58,316 bases of DNA, filler included, from Dugesia japonica (GCA_001938525.1; 6 parts of 6 records of this genome joined end to end with filler, not necessarily neighbours in it), one strand, 5' to 3'. Positions 26,385 to 40,492 are shown, counted from the first letter of the whole stretch. Notes: generated from the letters alone by a model not told the origin. Numbers and translations are program-made.

Positions 26385-26798
26385 AATTTGTAAAATAGAA
26401 GAGCAACAATTTTGATCTAGCTTGTGAAAAATTTTAAATAAAAATATTTTTTCGTTAAAATTATTTAATTAATTACATAAAGTTTAACTAATAAAATTTA
26501 AATTATAAAATAGTTACCATTAAATCAAAATAAATTATTAAATTAACTTCAAATTTAAAAATACAACTAATAAATTATGATCTGTCTCCATAATAATTTT
26601 GTTTTCCATATTATTTGTATCAAAACCATTTAAATCTGTTATATAATTTCCAAAAAAATCCTTTATAGTAAGCACAATAGTTATTTTCATATTAAAAGTA
26701 TTCATATTGTTTAATCTAAATATAATGATTAAATAAATTATAAATAAAAATTATCAAAGTAGAATTCTTAAATTATTATTACATCAAAAATAAAAAGA

Positions 26799-26832
26799 AT
26801 TTACTGAAGAAGGCTATACCGAAATATTGAAA
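26799..26832 (+). ncRNA. Minimal hammerhead motif
   Basis: ttta-CTGAAGA-A-GG-ctata-CC-GAAA-ta-TT-gaaa; core intact, weak stem I. Confidence 0.55.
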
Positions 26833-27044
26833 ATAAAAGAACAACAATTTTGATCTTGGCTTGTTAAAAAATTTTTTGAAATAAAAAATTATTTGTTGTT
26901 AAAAAACAATTTATCAAAAGAAATTATTAAATTTAACTTTATTTTTTAAAATAAAATCAATAAATTAATACTTGTTTTCATAATAATTTCATTTTCCATA
27001 TTATTCGCATGAAAATCATTTAAATTCGCCATATTATTATTTTC

Positions 27045-27590
27045 GTAAAATCCATTTAAATACGGTTGGAAGTCTTTTCAACATTGTTTTTTTAGACTGT
27101 TTGGTAACTGTTTCGATAACCACTTTTTCGTTTCGCTTTTTGAATTTTGCGTTGCTTTCAATAGTTTTTCTACTCGTTTGAAACCTGCTGGATTTTTCGG
27201 ATCTGTCCATATATTTTCCATTATAACAGTTTAAGAGAAATTTCAGATAAATTCGTGATAATGACTCTAAATTACACATTGTTGAAATTAAATTTGTTAA
27301 TCCTAATGCTATTGATTATAACACAGCAATGAATCCACACTTTTCTTTTTAGATTATTTTTCTCATTAATTTCTAATTAGTTTTAACAAGTGGAAGCAAC
27401 GGCTTTTTATGACGTTGTAAAACAAGTTTTATATCTTAGTTTAGAATTAAATTTCCTCGAACAATATTTCTAATAATCTCTTATAAATCATCAATAACAA
27501 ACTTTGAAAATGACTGTAACATTTTCATTGTAGACTCTTGTGGAGCCGTAACTAATAATTTTAAATAAGGAAGACTTTGTTAAAAATGTC
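27045..27590 (-). mobile_element. Polinton remnant 3: small conserved ORF followed by integrase N-terminus
   Basis: ILKLLVTAP...EIIRNIVRGNLIL...LQRHKKPL...KII*KEKCGFI, then MENIWTDPKNPAGFKRVEKLL...KKWLSKQ (Polinton integrase YYDP..P.SF...WL..Q pattern). Confidence 0.65.
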
Positions 27591-27825
27591 ATAATATTTA
27601 TTAATTAACACATGTTTAGATTGTTTATAGCTTGAACCATTTACCAGTTGATTGAATCTTTATCTTTTCATTTCTCTTTGTTGTTTGTTTCTTTGTCTTC
27701 TTCTTTGATTGTTTCTTTGAATGTTTATTTGATTGAAAATAATTCATCAAATTATTTTTAAAATAATGCATATTTGTTTACAAATTTACGAAATATTGAA
27801 AATTTTTTGATATTACTGAAAAAAG

Positions 27826-27857
<32 letters not shown>

Positions 27858-29892
27858 GTTATTATTGTTATTATTAACACATTCCCTAAATTTAAAAATG
27901 GTAATAGAAAATTATTGTAATGAAAATGCTAATATTCATCATTTTGCTCAATATTTTGATTTCTTGTAATAAGAGTTCTATAACTTAGAGACATTCTTAA
28001 CATTTCCATTAATCCTTTTTCATACAGACGATGATGTAGCTAATAAAATTAACCTCTGTAACTCGAGCATTTCAACAAATTCACATGAAGACGTAGGAAA
28101 TTGTGTAAATAATTATTGAGATCGTAAATAATTAATTTTTAAGAAATCAATTTAAATGGCTTCATATCGGAAATTTTCAGAATGTTTTTGCTCTTCAATT
28201 GAGTGATGAAACTAAAATTATGCACTTGATTGTTGAGTCTAAAAAATGGCAAATATTACTACGAAATTCTATATTACAATGAAAATGTCAACAAACAATG
28301 CTCTGTTTTATAAGTCAACAATATTAGACTGAAGTTCCGCTGAAATTGATAAAACCACATTATCATATCTCAAGATATTTACAAACTTGGTTGTTTTCAA
28401 AATAAATTAATTCTTAGCTACATAGAAGTTTAGCGATGCCAAATTTCATTAACATGAGCGATTTTACTTTCATAACTTTAAAGTTCAAATTTCAAAGTAT
28501 CGCTTTACTAGAAAAAGAACATATTATTACCATATATTCTTAAAAAATCTTATTATTAATCCTCTTATAGGTTTGTTAGCTTAATATACTTCAGTTGTAT
28601 TTTTAAAACAAAATAAATCTATACTATTACTTTTGATAATTTGAAATAATAATAATTTGAGAAATATTATATCCGATTTCATACTTTGTCGGTCTCCGAG
28701 GCTTAAAGATGTTGTTACTTGAATAATTTACACACTGATTTCTGTTGACATTAGATCTGCGGAATGATATCTCTGAACAGCAAGAATTTGTATTGCTTTC
28801 TCCAGCATCGATTCGCTATTTTCATATTTAGCGGACTAAGTGGTTTCGCGTCTTATGTAATCTCATTGCTGTTCAGTTTTATTTATAATTTTCACAAGCA
28901 AAACTTTGAAATAAGATATTTGAAGAAGTTTTATTTAATGAAAAACACCGTATTCCGTGATGTATCACTTCATGAGACTCAATCCTTTTTTTGTAGTCTT
29001 GCCACAGCGTCCCGACATTTGCTAATACGGAGGCCTCCCTTTCTGCATAGCTTTTGACGACACAGAAGCATTATGTTACTGTACATAAGTCACTCAATCT
29101 ATTTCTCTTTTTATTCTTTTCTTGCAATTGAGGATTTTACTCTCGACTCTCCTTTAACTATTTAAGAATCTTCTTTGGTTCTGCTCTGTATTTTGTTTTA
29201 CTCGACTATCATTTTTTTCATACTGAGGTTGACTCAGTTTCCTAGAAATTTCTTAATGAAACATTTATTATTAATGAAAGAAGATTAACGATGATAAATT
29301 TGAATCATAGCTTGTGGTATCTTAATTATCTGTATCATTTATTCATTTTAAAGTAACGAGCCATACGAAAATTTAATAAACAAATAAAAATATTGTCAAA
29401 CTCATGTAACTGGAATTCAGATTCATAACGAAATTTATTTCTACACTTATTATAAAACAAAACTGTTCAATGTTTTTAAGTAACGAAAATTGGCACTAAA
29501 CGTATTACTAATATCGTAACGTTTAGTCAGTTGCCTCAAGATTATTTCCTTTCTCACCATCGTCGTCCATATAAGGAACAAGCTTTGTTATTGTCTTCTA
29601 GATCCGTGCCGCTATTTGTTCGACTTTCTGTCTCTTCGTGATTAGCTTAGTTAGCATTGGTGGGTATCAGAGATGGTACGACACTTGCTCCAAGAGTTGG
29701 GTTATTTTGTTATCCCTGCGATTGTACTACTGCTCAAATTACTTCATTTGGGTTTCTTGAGTTTCTTGTAGTTGCACCAACTCGTGTTTTCACTCCTAAA
29801 TCCGCGAATCTGTACTATTTACCNNNNNNNNNNNNNNNNNNNNNNNNNNNNNNNNNNNNNNNNNNNNNNNNNNNNNNNNNNNNNNNNNNNNN

Positions 29893-29927
<35 letters not shown>

Positions 29928-30439
29928 CTTAGAAAAAATAATAATAGTAGAGCTACCGATAATAGTAATAAGAATAATCATAGAAATATTATTTATAACG
30001 CTTTTAATAACGATAGTCTTAATATTCCGGTGAAAAATACCGATTTTATTATCCATAATTGTGAAAGTAATTAAAGAGTAATAATGATGGTGTTAATAAT
30101 ATTGATGCTGACAAACTACTACTATCGCTAATGACAAAACTGTGGAAAAGCGATTCTTACGTAATTTTAGTAATAGTAATAGTAAAGGTAATACTAAGAA
30201 TAAGTGATAATAAAAGTAATAATAATGTTAAATGGTTATGAAATCACATAATGTCAGCTAAGCAATTTTATATTTAATTCAAAAACAAATTATTAATTCC
30301 GAATAAATAGTATTAACTACTAAAATAGTATTATAATTGCATATTTTCTATATTCAATAAAAAACATTTTTACTAATATTATTTATTTAAAGTGATTTTA
30401 AAAGTTTAATATTATTTTATATATTATGATTTGTTAAAA

Positions 30440-31440
30440 TTGATCTGTGATGAATACCATTTGAGGCATATTATGTTCTACAAATTCCGAAAAAATATGA
30501 TAGTGACTGACGCTACAAGTCAAATCATTGAGGTTTATCGGAAATGTCAGGGATGGGTGCTAAATTCCGTTTTATGAGACATCAGTCTCCAGAACATATC
30601 TTACGGGTGCTTACAAGGGTTAGATAGTAATAAAGAATTGGAGAAGCTATTGAAATCAAACCCCAGAATAACATCGCGCGTAATTGCGATTATAATAATA
30701 TGCTTTTATGTGGGTATTCGACAACATCTTAAGCTAATAGGAAAAGTGTCGAGTGAAGTTATTGTGGATTCCTCATAAACTTTTTGATCAAAATCGAATC
30801 CAAAAAGAAAATCTCTGCTTTTTTGCTCAAAATAAATAGAAGAGAATCATTTCTCTATAGAATTGTTGCAAGGGATGAAAAATGATTTCTTTGTGCCAAA
30901 GTCAAAAAATGGAAACTGTAGTTAAGGCCTGGCCAATCAACGATTCTAACTCCAATGACAGGCTTTTGCCCTAAGAAGGTTGTGATGTATTTGGTGGAAT
31001 ATAAAAGATTATTCTACTGGAAACTCCTTGATTCGAATCAGATCATTACTGTGAATGTATATTGTGAAAACTTAGTTCAGGTCAACAACTCATTCAAGGC
31101 CACTTGTTCTGCTTCAGTCAATAGAAAAGGAATTATTTTTCAAAACAATGTGTGACCTCATATTACAAGAGTGACTTTACTAAATATACAGAAGTTGGCC
31201 AGAGAAAACTTGCCACCCCAGCCTTATAGCCGTATCATGGCTCCAACGGTTTAGCATCTCTTTCATTTATTACAACATCACTTGTGTGACAAACAATTTA
31301 ATAAATAGGAAGAAATCAAATAGCTTAAATGTTATTATTGTTTTAAAATCTACCAATTTCTTCAAAGATTGCATCAAAAATTTGGTTAACAAATGGGAAG
31401 ACGTTGTAATTAATGAGGGTCATTATGTTACATTTTAACT
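30440..31440 (+). mobile_element. Mariner transposon, heavily decayed
   Basis: HLRHIMFYKFRK, YRIVARDEK*, VNRKGIIFQNNV*PH and QPYSRIMAPT remnants; TIRs not resolved. Confidence 0.8.
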
Positions 31441-31628
31441 GATAGTTAGTGTTGTACCTTTTTTATTTCTTATAAATTCATTTAAGTTTGTTTTTAAATA
31501 TTTTTTAACACATAAAGTAATTCGAGAATTATAATTTGGTCAATTGAATAAATAAATAAATTAAATGATCATTAGATTTAATAAACCTAGGACTTTATTT
31601 ATTTATCATTTTCAATTAATAATTTCAG

Positions 31629-32013
31629 AATTCCATGCCTATTACAGCTTCTGGAAATCTATCTCATTCACAAAATTTAAAAAGTTCGGTCCAAATGCCA
31701 ATGGNAAACCTCCAAACAATATCGTATGCGCCACCAGTGCCTTATGTTATCATTCCTTCCGGGGAAAGTCATAACTTGTCAAATATTCACTATACACACA
31801 TGGCTATTGAAGCCACACAATTAGATTCCAATCAGAAACATTCTTTTCACAAATCCAATTTCAGTTTTCCTTTACAGACCTGTACAGGTGGTCTCTCAGT
31901 AGCTCAAAACAATTTTGCATCACCATATCAATCAATAGAACATTACTCTTTGAGGAAGAGTTACTGCATTCCATATCAACCAGTTTTATTTCGGAACTGG
32001 CCTCTTTATACTT
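31629..32013 (+). CDS. Candidate internal exon of an unknown host gene (S/N/P/Q-rich)
   Basis: Open frame bounded by tttcAG and GTAAGT; no recognisable domain. Confidence 0.45.
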
Positions 32014-33156
32014 GTAAGTTTCTGTAAATTTAATAATTACGCTAAATATTGTATTTTATTCGAATGTACCACAATTATTTCTCTCATTAAGAAATTCAGA
32101 TAATTTATTTATTTCCGCAAGTATAATCAACTGTATTGTTTTCTAGCAATAAATGTTGAATTGATTTCATAACGTAGAATGATAATTTTATACGCAACTT
32201 GAAATATAAAAATAGTTTTTAAAAAAATAGATAAAAACATTTAAAAGAAGTCAAATGTAAAATGTTTGTTTATTTTCTCACAAATATTTGTGTATGTAAT
32301 TGTTGATTAGCAGGCATATTCAATTGAAAATAGGAAGGCTTATAGAATATCATGAAATGGCGGGATTTTCTTTCATAAAAGATCAGAACTTTTTATTGAT
32401 AATTTTAAATTAACACAGCAGATATAATTGACAAATAGTGCGTCAGCAAAATGTAAATTTTCTTTAAATGAGGATCTGTCTTCAATTTCAATTTGATTCC
32501 CCGCAGAAAATTAAGAATTTGATGCAAGACTTTTGATACAATAAGACTTATAATTACGTTTTTCTAATATTTAAAAATAATATTCAGAAAGTTTATTGAT
32601 TACCTTGTTTTCCTTTTCAGAATATTTAATAATTTCTCTTATTATCTACCCAAATCAACACAACTGAGTGACCAGATTTTATTGTAACAGCATGCCTTTT
32701 ACATGAATGTATTTGTCCCTTTATTAGAATAAAATGAACATTGATTACATTAGGAATGGAATGATGGTAATTTCCTAAAGTTGAAAGTGTAATCTAATAT
32801 CCATTATGATATCAAAAGTTTCTTGAAATAATCTTGTGAATGAAAATGTCAGTTTTATTCGACAAATTTATAGAATTGTAAAATTTATTAGCAATAACCC
32901 GTCAGGAATGACGGAGTTTCCTCATGCTTTAATGCGGAATTTGTGAGTGGTGATAAGTTAATTTTATACTATTGTATAACTATTATGTAATATCGATAGA
33001 ATAGAAATTTACATGAAAATTTGGTGATATGCATTTGAAACTTTATTGTAAAGTAAAAAAATTTAAACTCCTTATAAAATTAATTAATTCTTTTAACAAA
33101 TAAGATTTTAGGTAAAATCGATTCAATTTAATTTTGGTCCCTCGTTGCAAATTATA

Positions 33157-34360
33157 TATTAGATTGTTCCGTAAGTAACTTCGGTTTTTTTAGTGGAATT
33201 GAAACTAAAAATTTTTATTCGTAAAATGCATTTTACATTTTGATCCAACACATTCTGCCATCTACCAGGTAATTATAAGATTTCTTCTGTATGGAACCTT
33301 TTGTATTTATTTTNNNNNNNNNNNNNNNNNNNNNNNNNNNNNNNNNNNNNNNNNNNNNNNNNNNNNNNNNNNNNTCAAATATTCCGCCCTTCAAAGAATT
33401 TTGTAGGGATCGAAATAAATGAAAATCGGATGGATATGGTGAATGCGGTATTCAAGATACAGTAGTTTTTGCTTAGTCACCAAACACGTGAGGTCTGGCA
33501 TTGTCATTGTGATATACTAGTTTTCTTCTGTTAACCAATGCTGGTCTCTTTAACTTTATACATTCATTCAATTTGTCTAGTTGGTGACAGTAAACCTCGG
33601 AATTATTAGTTTGATTGCTCGATAGCAGCTCAAATAAATTACTACTTGTCAGTCCTACCAAACAGAGATAGATTCCAGTTTTTTGTATGCTTTGACGTGA
33701 TTCATCTCTTCTGTTCCATGACCACTTGATGCTTTAGTTACTGTAGGTAATTCGATTCTCATTACTTGTTATAGTGCCTTTCAAGAATGGTTCATTTTTT
33801 TGACGTTTCATTAAAAAATTTCAGATATCAACAAGACGAATAAGTTCCCTTTTTGTAAAAAAGCTTGAAATAAAGATATCGATCTTTGCGACATAATCAA
33901 AGTGCTTCAAATTGTTGTGGAAAGTTCAATCATACAGATTTTATTTCTTCGATTTCCCGTTTTTTATGCCAAAGCATCAGCTTTGACTGGCTTTCCAGAA
34001 TGTGGTTCATCTTGAAGGTCGAAATTTCTTGAACGAAACTTAGAGAACCAAGTTTGACTTTGGCATTCGGTTATCTCATCTTCCATACACTGCTCATAAT
34101 CGTCTTCTGGCAGGTGCTGCATTTATACCTTTTCAGAAATAAAATAATAGAACAAAATAATAGCAATTTCTTTTCAGCCAATTCAAATATCCTACCTAAA
34201 AACTAATTTGATAAATTAAAAATATATTTACCAATTAATCAAACTAGATATGTCGATTGTTGTAATGAGTATTGATTTAATAAGTTCAGTCTTTTCTGTT
34301 ATAAATTAAGACTAAAACATGAACACAAAAATCCGAAGTTATTTTACGAAAAACCTCATA
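33157..34360 (-). mobile_element. Mariner transposon, decayed
   Basis: TIRs tattagattgttccgtaagtaacttcgg / ccgaagttattttacgaaaaacctcata; LVNRRKLVYHNDNARPH. Confidence 0.88.
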
Positions 34361-35639
34361 TTTTGTTGAATTGTAGAAATTATTCAGTAAAAGCAATTAG
34401 ATTTTTAAAGTTTAACTGTTTAAAGCAAAATAAGAAATTATTATAAAACACTGTTAATGTTTAAAAATTAAAAAATCAATAACAGACTTCAAAAATAAAT
34501 TAATATGTCATTTTAAATATTGTGAAAATAATGTCGAATATTTCACAATCAATCACGGATAAAGTACATACATTGTAATTGTAAAATTTCTGTTAGTTCA
34601 AATAGTCATTAAATCTAGAATATTGTGTATTCAATATTTCTATTAATATTAATAATGTTTAAAGAATCTTAGATCATTATTGTCCAATTATCAACATTAT
34701 CCCAGTGAGAATAACATTTCCTTATTATCATCATTAGTCATGTCAAGACCATCATATACATTTAGACTGAAAGATCACTGGGAGAGGACACTCCAAAGAA
34801 GAATTAAATGTACATCAAAATTTACCTAGTTATTGAATTGATTCTTGTTTGTTAACGTAGAAAAATTGATTTCACTGCTGAACAATTTGATTTATTTATC
34901 AAACCATTTAGAAAATTTAAATATTTAATTGNNNNNNNNNNNNNNNNNNNNNNNNNNNNNNNNNNNNNNNNNNNNNNNNNNNNNNNNNNNNNNNNNNNNN
35001 NNNNNNNNNNNNNNNNNNNNNNNTGGTTATGAATTTTTTATTAAGGATGTATACTGGCTTCGTAAACGATACCTGCACTAACTAAACCGTCTGCAGGTGA
35101 TTCGTTAGTCTATATTCAATTGTTGGTGTCCCAAAAATGTTACATTAAACCTAAAATTGAATGTTTTTTCTCAGTTGAACTGTATACTTTTAGAGTNNNN
35201 NNNNNNNNNNNNNNNNNNNNNNNNNNNNNNNNNNNNNNNNTTAATTAATTAANNNNNNNNNNNNNNNNNNNNNNNNNNNNNNNNNNNNNNNNNNNNTAAT
35301 TTAAAAAAAAAATTTTCTGATCCGATCAAAAAAAATTTTCCGATCAAAAATTTCATCCGATCAAAAATCACACCAAATCAATAATCTAAAATCACACCAC
35401 TAATCAATAATCTGGTGGTGAAGTTATCAAGGAAATTCTTGCTAGAGCTTCGCACTAGCAAGGACAAAGGAAGATGACTGCTTTTAAAGGATATCTTCTC
35501 TGGCCCGTTCTATAGCGGAGGAACCAGAAATGTTAGGCCGCAGGCCGAAGTACTCGTTCATACTTAAAACACACAATTGTTAAATATTGGATGGTAATAT
35601 TTATATCATGGTTACCTTTGACTTTTATTAGATGAATCA

Positions 35640-36864
35640 TTTTCGAGAAGCAGACGCCAAAGCAGAGGCCTATGTGCGGTCATATGTAGATCACGACGGC
35701 AATTACTACATCGAATGAAAGGAGGTACAAGCACTGTTAACTCAGGTGAGGAAGGAGCAAGCCCTGATAATACAAAGTTTAAAGACTCATCTGAAGACAG
35801 CTCAGTTGCAGATAACCATCAAAGATGCTAACTGGCGCATGGTGGAGTATCAACGAAGATGCCTACAAGAAGACTATGAGATGGAGATGAGATCACATCT
35901 GGAACCCGCGTAGGAAGTGAGGCTACTCATAACCAATATGCGAATTTTAACCGGAGTAAATGTGGAAGAGGATGAAGACGAAGAAGCTTGTATTGTCCGA
36001 GAGCTCATGGGAATGAGAGACATCGCACCGCTGAGTTTAGATAATTGATTGATTGTGGCATAGTTTTAATAATAGGAATTGTTGTAGTCTCAGTTTATCT
36101 TGTAATTTTGTTTTTTGTAGGTTGTTGGAATAGAAATAACGATTTTGTGATATACATGTCACGTTTTCTGACATGAGTGTTTAATTATGGGTAGTAGAGG
36201 CAATCATAATCTTTCTGATTTTTAATTCATCCACTGATCATTTTAATCACTATGTTGAGTACATCTATTACGAGTTAATAAATTATGTCGAAAATAATAT
36301 TGAATAGAGTTAATTTAATTTAATTTTGCTTTGTTACTTTTAGTGAACAAATCCAGCGAAGATAAAGTACATAAGGAGTTTATAAAGGCACAGAAACGAT
36401 GTACCAATGAGCGCAGGAAGTTGCGGAGCAAGATCTTACGATAGAAAAGAAAGGCCACAAAGTCGGCCTCCAAGTTTGCCCAACTATAGGAAAAAGAGTT
36501 ATCTCTCCAACAGGCATACCATCTCATGGCGGACGTAATAAAGATTTACACCGATTGTGAATCTGCAATGTTTGCGACTCTCCGTACGCTAACGATGAAC
36601 TACAGATCCACACCAGCACAGGCTGAGGAGAACTCTGTGGAAGTAGATTTGGATGTTTGATGTAATAAATATATATCAGTGTTGAAAAGTCTCCACTTAA
36701 TTTTCGTGATGGTTATCTATGACCAGTTTTAATCTCGTGATTGATGACAATTAAGTACTGAGCGAGATTTTTATTTTATGTCCATGGTTCAGAGGAGTAG
36801 AGTGCAAGACGCGATACCGCAAAGTCGCGCTGGGTCCAGGAAAGAAAGGGGCATGATATAGAGA
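35640..36864 (+). mobile_element. Unknown cassette copy A (coiled-coil ORF remnants, conserved motif, PPT+TG); possible 3' region of a large LTR element
   Basis: Collinear homology with 41295-42507; ends AGGAAAGAAAGGGGCA|TG. Confidence 0.5.
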
Positions 36865-37440
36865 TTATTATTATTTAATTATTATAAATAAAATTTATAT
36901 TTGGATTGTCTTCTTTGATTAGTATTTCTTCATGTTTTTTTCTTGTGAAGTGTTGAAATGTAGCCTGTTCCTAGCGTTTTCCATTTTATATGTTGTTGTT
37001 CTGGTGAAATTCTATGTTTGTGTTAAAAGTGTTTGAAGACTTCACTTTCATTTTGTTCCTTAATTCTTGTTCAGATAGTCTGCATGTTTCACCTATATAT
37101 GTTTCTTGACAAATGGTGCATGTTATTTTATAAGTGACATTTTTCTTATTGCATATATTTCTACCATCACAAATGCATTTGAGACCACAAAATTTGTCTT
37201 AGTTTCTGTAATTGGATACCCAAAGGCACTTGCGTTTTAAATATAATTCTTGGTTTGTGTTTGAGTTTAGAATTCTTTATTATATTTTGCATGATTTGGC
37301 TACATTTCTCATTAATAAAAGGTAATTTAATAATTGTGTTTGTTCTTGATTTGATTTTATTTTGTTTTGTATTCAAAGATACATATCTCGATATAATTTT
37401 TTTTGAGTAGCCGTTATTTAACAATTTATATTTTACCAAT
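36865..37440 (-). mobile_element. Penelope-like element 3' fragment (GIY-YIG endonuclease)
   Basis: KNVTYKITCTICQETYIGETCR; close match to 46780-47330. Confidence 0.88.
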
Positions 37441-39179
37441 TTCAGACGAAATTCAGAAATATAATGAGATCAATCTGGAGCTGAATAAATGAACTTAAGA
37501 AAATATAAGGAAATTAATGTGAAGCTGGAATTGAGTCTGAAAAAACTAAATGTTGTCAAATAACAAATGAGATAACAGTTAATCATCAAAGATAAAGCCA
37601 AGTATGAATTGTCCAACCATGGGGATCAAGAGCTAATCGAGGACAAGGAAATCGTAGATGTACTCTCGTTAAGTTTGGACAAATTAATGAAATTCAAAGT
37701 GGAAACGAGCAGAATCCAATGAGCGCAGTTCGCATGGAGTTCGGATGTTCAACGGTAATTTTTGATTAAAAGGAGAATCTGTGGGTAAAAGAGAATAGCT
37801 GAGTAGTAAAAGTGGTTATTTTACGAGAGTTCGATTACTATATAAACAGTCTAATGAAAATGCTTTTTTATGCTTTTATTAGTTTTTTTAATCAATTTTT
37901 CAATGAGTAAAGTTGTGATAAAAACTGTTTGTGCGGCAAAGTCATTAATTAAGTTAATTATTATTTAAACATAGTTTGCAGATAGATCGATAGGGAAACA
38001 CGTAATAGAGCTCGGCACGATTGGGGACGGAAAAAGATGACGGTTTCAAACTTACATCTTCTCCGGTCCGTAATGCATGAGCGGGGACAAAAACATGCTA
38101 AGAAATCGTTAATCTAGGTTAAATTATTAGAAATAAATAATATTTGGTTCAATGATAAGTCTACTAAATGTTTCATTTTTAGTTTTTGTTTTTGCGGAAT
38201 ATGACTAAGTACTACAGACCTGACATACCACTAATACCGATTAATGATGAAGACGAGGGTACTTTCTGGGTACCTTGGATATGTACCATCAAGGTGATTG
38301 AGGAGAGGAAGAAAGCCTATGACAAAGATAAGAGAGAAATGAAGTTGGCCTAACAAGAGCTGTTAAAAAGAAATATGGAATTACAGCTAAGGTTTAAAAT
38401 GCTACAGGATATGAATGAGGTTATGAAGATTCAGCTACCACTGCGGCGGTTGGACTTACAAACGACGACCCATGACCTCACAGTGGCTACTCAACAAATG
38501 ATAGATCAGCGCTGTCTGTTAGAAAAAATGGCGGAGTGATTGTTCTATAATTATGATCATGAGCTGCAGAGGCGGCAAGTTTTTCGGTTAACGATGAGTG
38601 ATTATTATTATTTAATTAAGTAGCAGAGGAAGTCGCTTTGATCTATGATTAATAAAAATTAGGGTACTAAGTTTGCTATCTTATAAATGAGATTATCATC
38701 GATCTGTGTCATTATGTTCTGTCTTTTAATAATTATCAAATTATTTAATGAGAAAATCGAGCGAAGAGTCAACGCACCGAAAAGAATTCATAAACGCACA
38801 TAAAAGATGAGCCAAAGAGCGCCGAGATTTAAGAAATGATTATTAAATAAATTGGTTAATAATTTCAGTAAAAAACCTTTTAGTAAATTCTGGGTAATAT
38901 TTTGTAAACAGGTTGATTAAATATTGAGTAACGAATTTTAGTAACGATTTTTGAGTAACAGTGAAGTAATGATCTTAGTAATTGAGCACTGGAATTATTT
39001 TGATATTTTATTTCTTTTTGATAGCTATAAATAGTATTATTACATAATATAGATAATTTAAAATCATTATAATTACAATTATTGTGAGAATAATTGTTGG
39101 ACTTAACCATTGATAGCATTTAAGATTTCATTAAAATAAAGAAAATGCTTCGATCAAAATAAAATGTATTTGTAAAAAG

Positions 39180-39213
39180 GTTCAAATTTTCGACAATAGT
39201 CTTCTTCAGGAAC
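39180..39213 (-). ncRNA. Minimal type I hammerhead ribozyme
   Basis: gttc-CTGAAGA-A-GAC-tatt-GTC-GAAA-at-TT-gaac; intact core and stems, palindromic AATT at stem III. Confidence 0.75.
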
Positions 39214-39339
39214 ATGAAGGCTTCCTAACATATTCAACGCAATAGATCTTGTTTAGATTTTTCAGTAACAAAGAATTAAGTAATAAATTGAAATGAGTAA
39301 CAAAGATCTATTGCGTTGAATATATCAAGAAGCCTTCAT

Positions 39340-39373
39340 GTTACTGAAGAAGACTATTGTCGAAAATTTGAAC
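39340..39373 (+). ncRNA. Minimal type I hammerhead ribozyme
   Basis: gtta-CTGAAGA-A-GAC-tatt-GTC-GAAA-at-TT-gaac; one stem I mismatch. Confidence 0.65.
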
Positions 39374-40492
39374 TTTTTTACAAATATTTTGATAGAAGAT
39401 TTGTCTTTATTTTAATGGAATTTAAAATCAACTCGTATATAAAAAGTACCATCGTGTGTGTCTGGTGGTGACGTGGCAAAATGATGATGAGCATAAGCAG
39501 ACTTAGTGAGATATACAGGCTGCTGGATGACAAAGAGCTTGAAGAGCACGGTTATCTTTGATCTGACAGCTCGAAAGATTTTATCACAAGCATCAGTTAA
39601 ATAATGTTTAAAATGAAACGATAATAATGATGAGAAAATGATTCAAATGCCAGTTGGGTGAGAGTTAGTATGCAAACTTGCACACGCCGAGTATTGGGAT
39701 CAATTCAAAATAAACATCGATTAATTGATTATTAAATGATGGAGAATAACATTAAATGAATAAAATGATCTGAATGTGACGTGAATGTGAGGAAGAATCG
39801 TGACTAAGTCTCACTGCGCATCCGGATTGTATTTTGTGAATGATAATCGAATAATAAATAATTAATAAAATAATTCGTAATAAATAAATTAAAATAAAAT
39901 GATAATGGAGTGGTTCCGAATGAGCGTGGTGGTGAAATCGAAAAGAGAATCTCACAACTCCCATCATTAAGAATGCCTCAATTTAAGCGTCGTGCTCTAA
40001 ATAAATCGTTTAAATAAACAATGATTAGGGCGGGCAGTTTTTGTAAAACATAAAAGCCAAACTACTGCGACTGATCATATAATATATGTCGAAGGATCAT
40101 CATTGATTAGTAACAAAATCGGAAAAATTTAATTTACGGGCACGAAAGTTGTCTACGAAAACAACAGTAGTGGAAACTGGGACTAAATCAATAAAAATTT
40201 GACACTCGTACAACTGAAGCAGCAAAAGTAAAATTCACATTAACGATGAATAAGTATTGAATAAATTTAAACCATTCTTGATTATTATATTATATTATAT
40301 ATTAAAACATGTAAATATCCATGGACACCCTCTGGTATTTTTTAATGGATATATTTTATAAATTAAAAATGGTGAGTTTATTTATTTATTTAATTTTATA
40401 TCTTAAATTTTTAAAANNAAATTTTTAAAAGTTAATTTAATGTTAATTTATTGTTAATTTAAAACTGTTGAATTAAAATTTAAGAAAATCTT

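Larger units (their letters stand above)
26340..27035 (+). repeat. Diverged direct repeat (period ~448 bp), each unit starting with a hammerhead motif
   Basis: CTGAAGAAGG at 26356 and 26804, each followed by caacaattttgatct..gcttg...taataattt...ccatattatt. Confidence 0.75.
39070..39430. repeat. Inverted (divergent) pair of Penelope pLTR copies, each with a hammerhead motif
   Basis: 39120-39250 is the reverse complement of 39303-39425; same family as 3960-4155. Confidence 0.85.

Noticed and set aside
28690-29260. R2/NeSL-like non-LTR fragment (KGGLRI on minus strand)
   Set aside because: A single short motif among many stops; not enough to call
35316-35412. Short direct repeats (tccgatcaaaaa x3; aaaatcacacca..aatcaataatct x2)
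   Set aside because: At a contig edge; could be slippage or assembly stutter, with no further support
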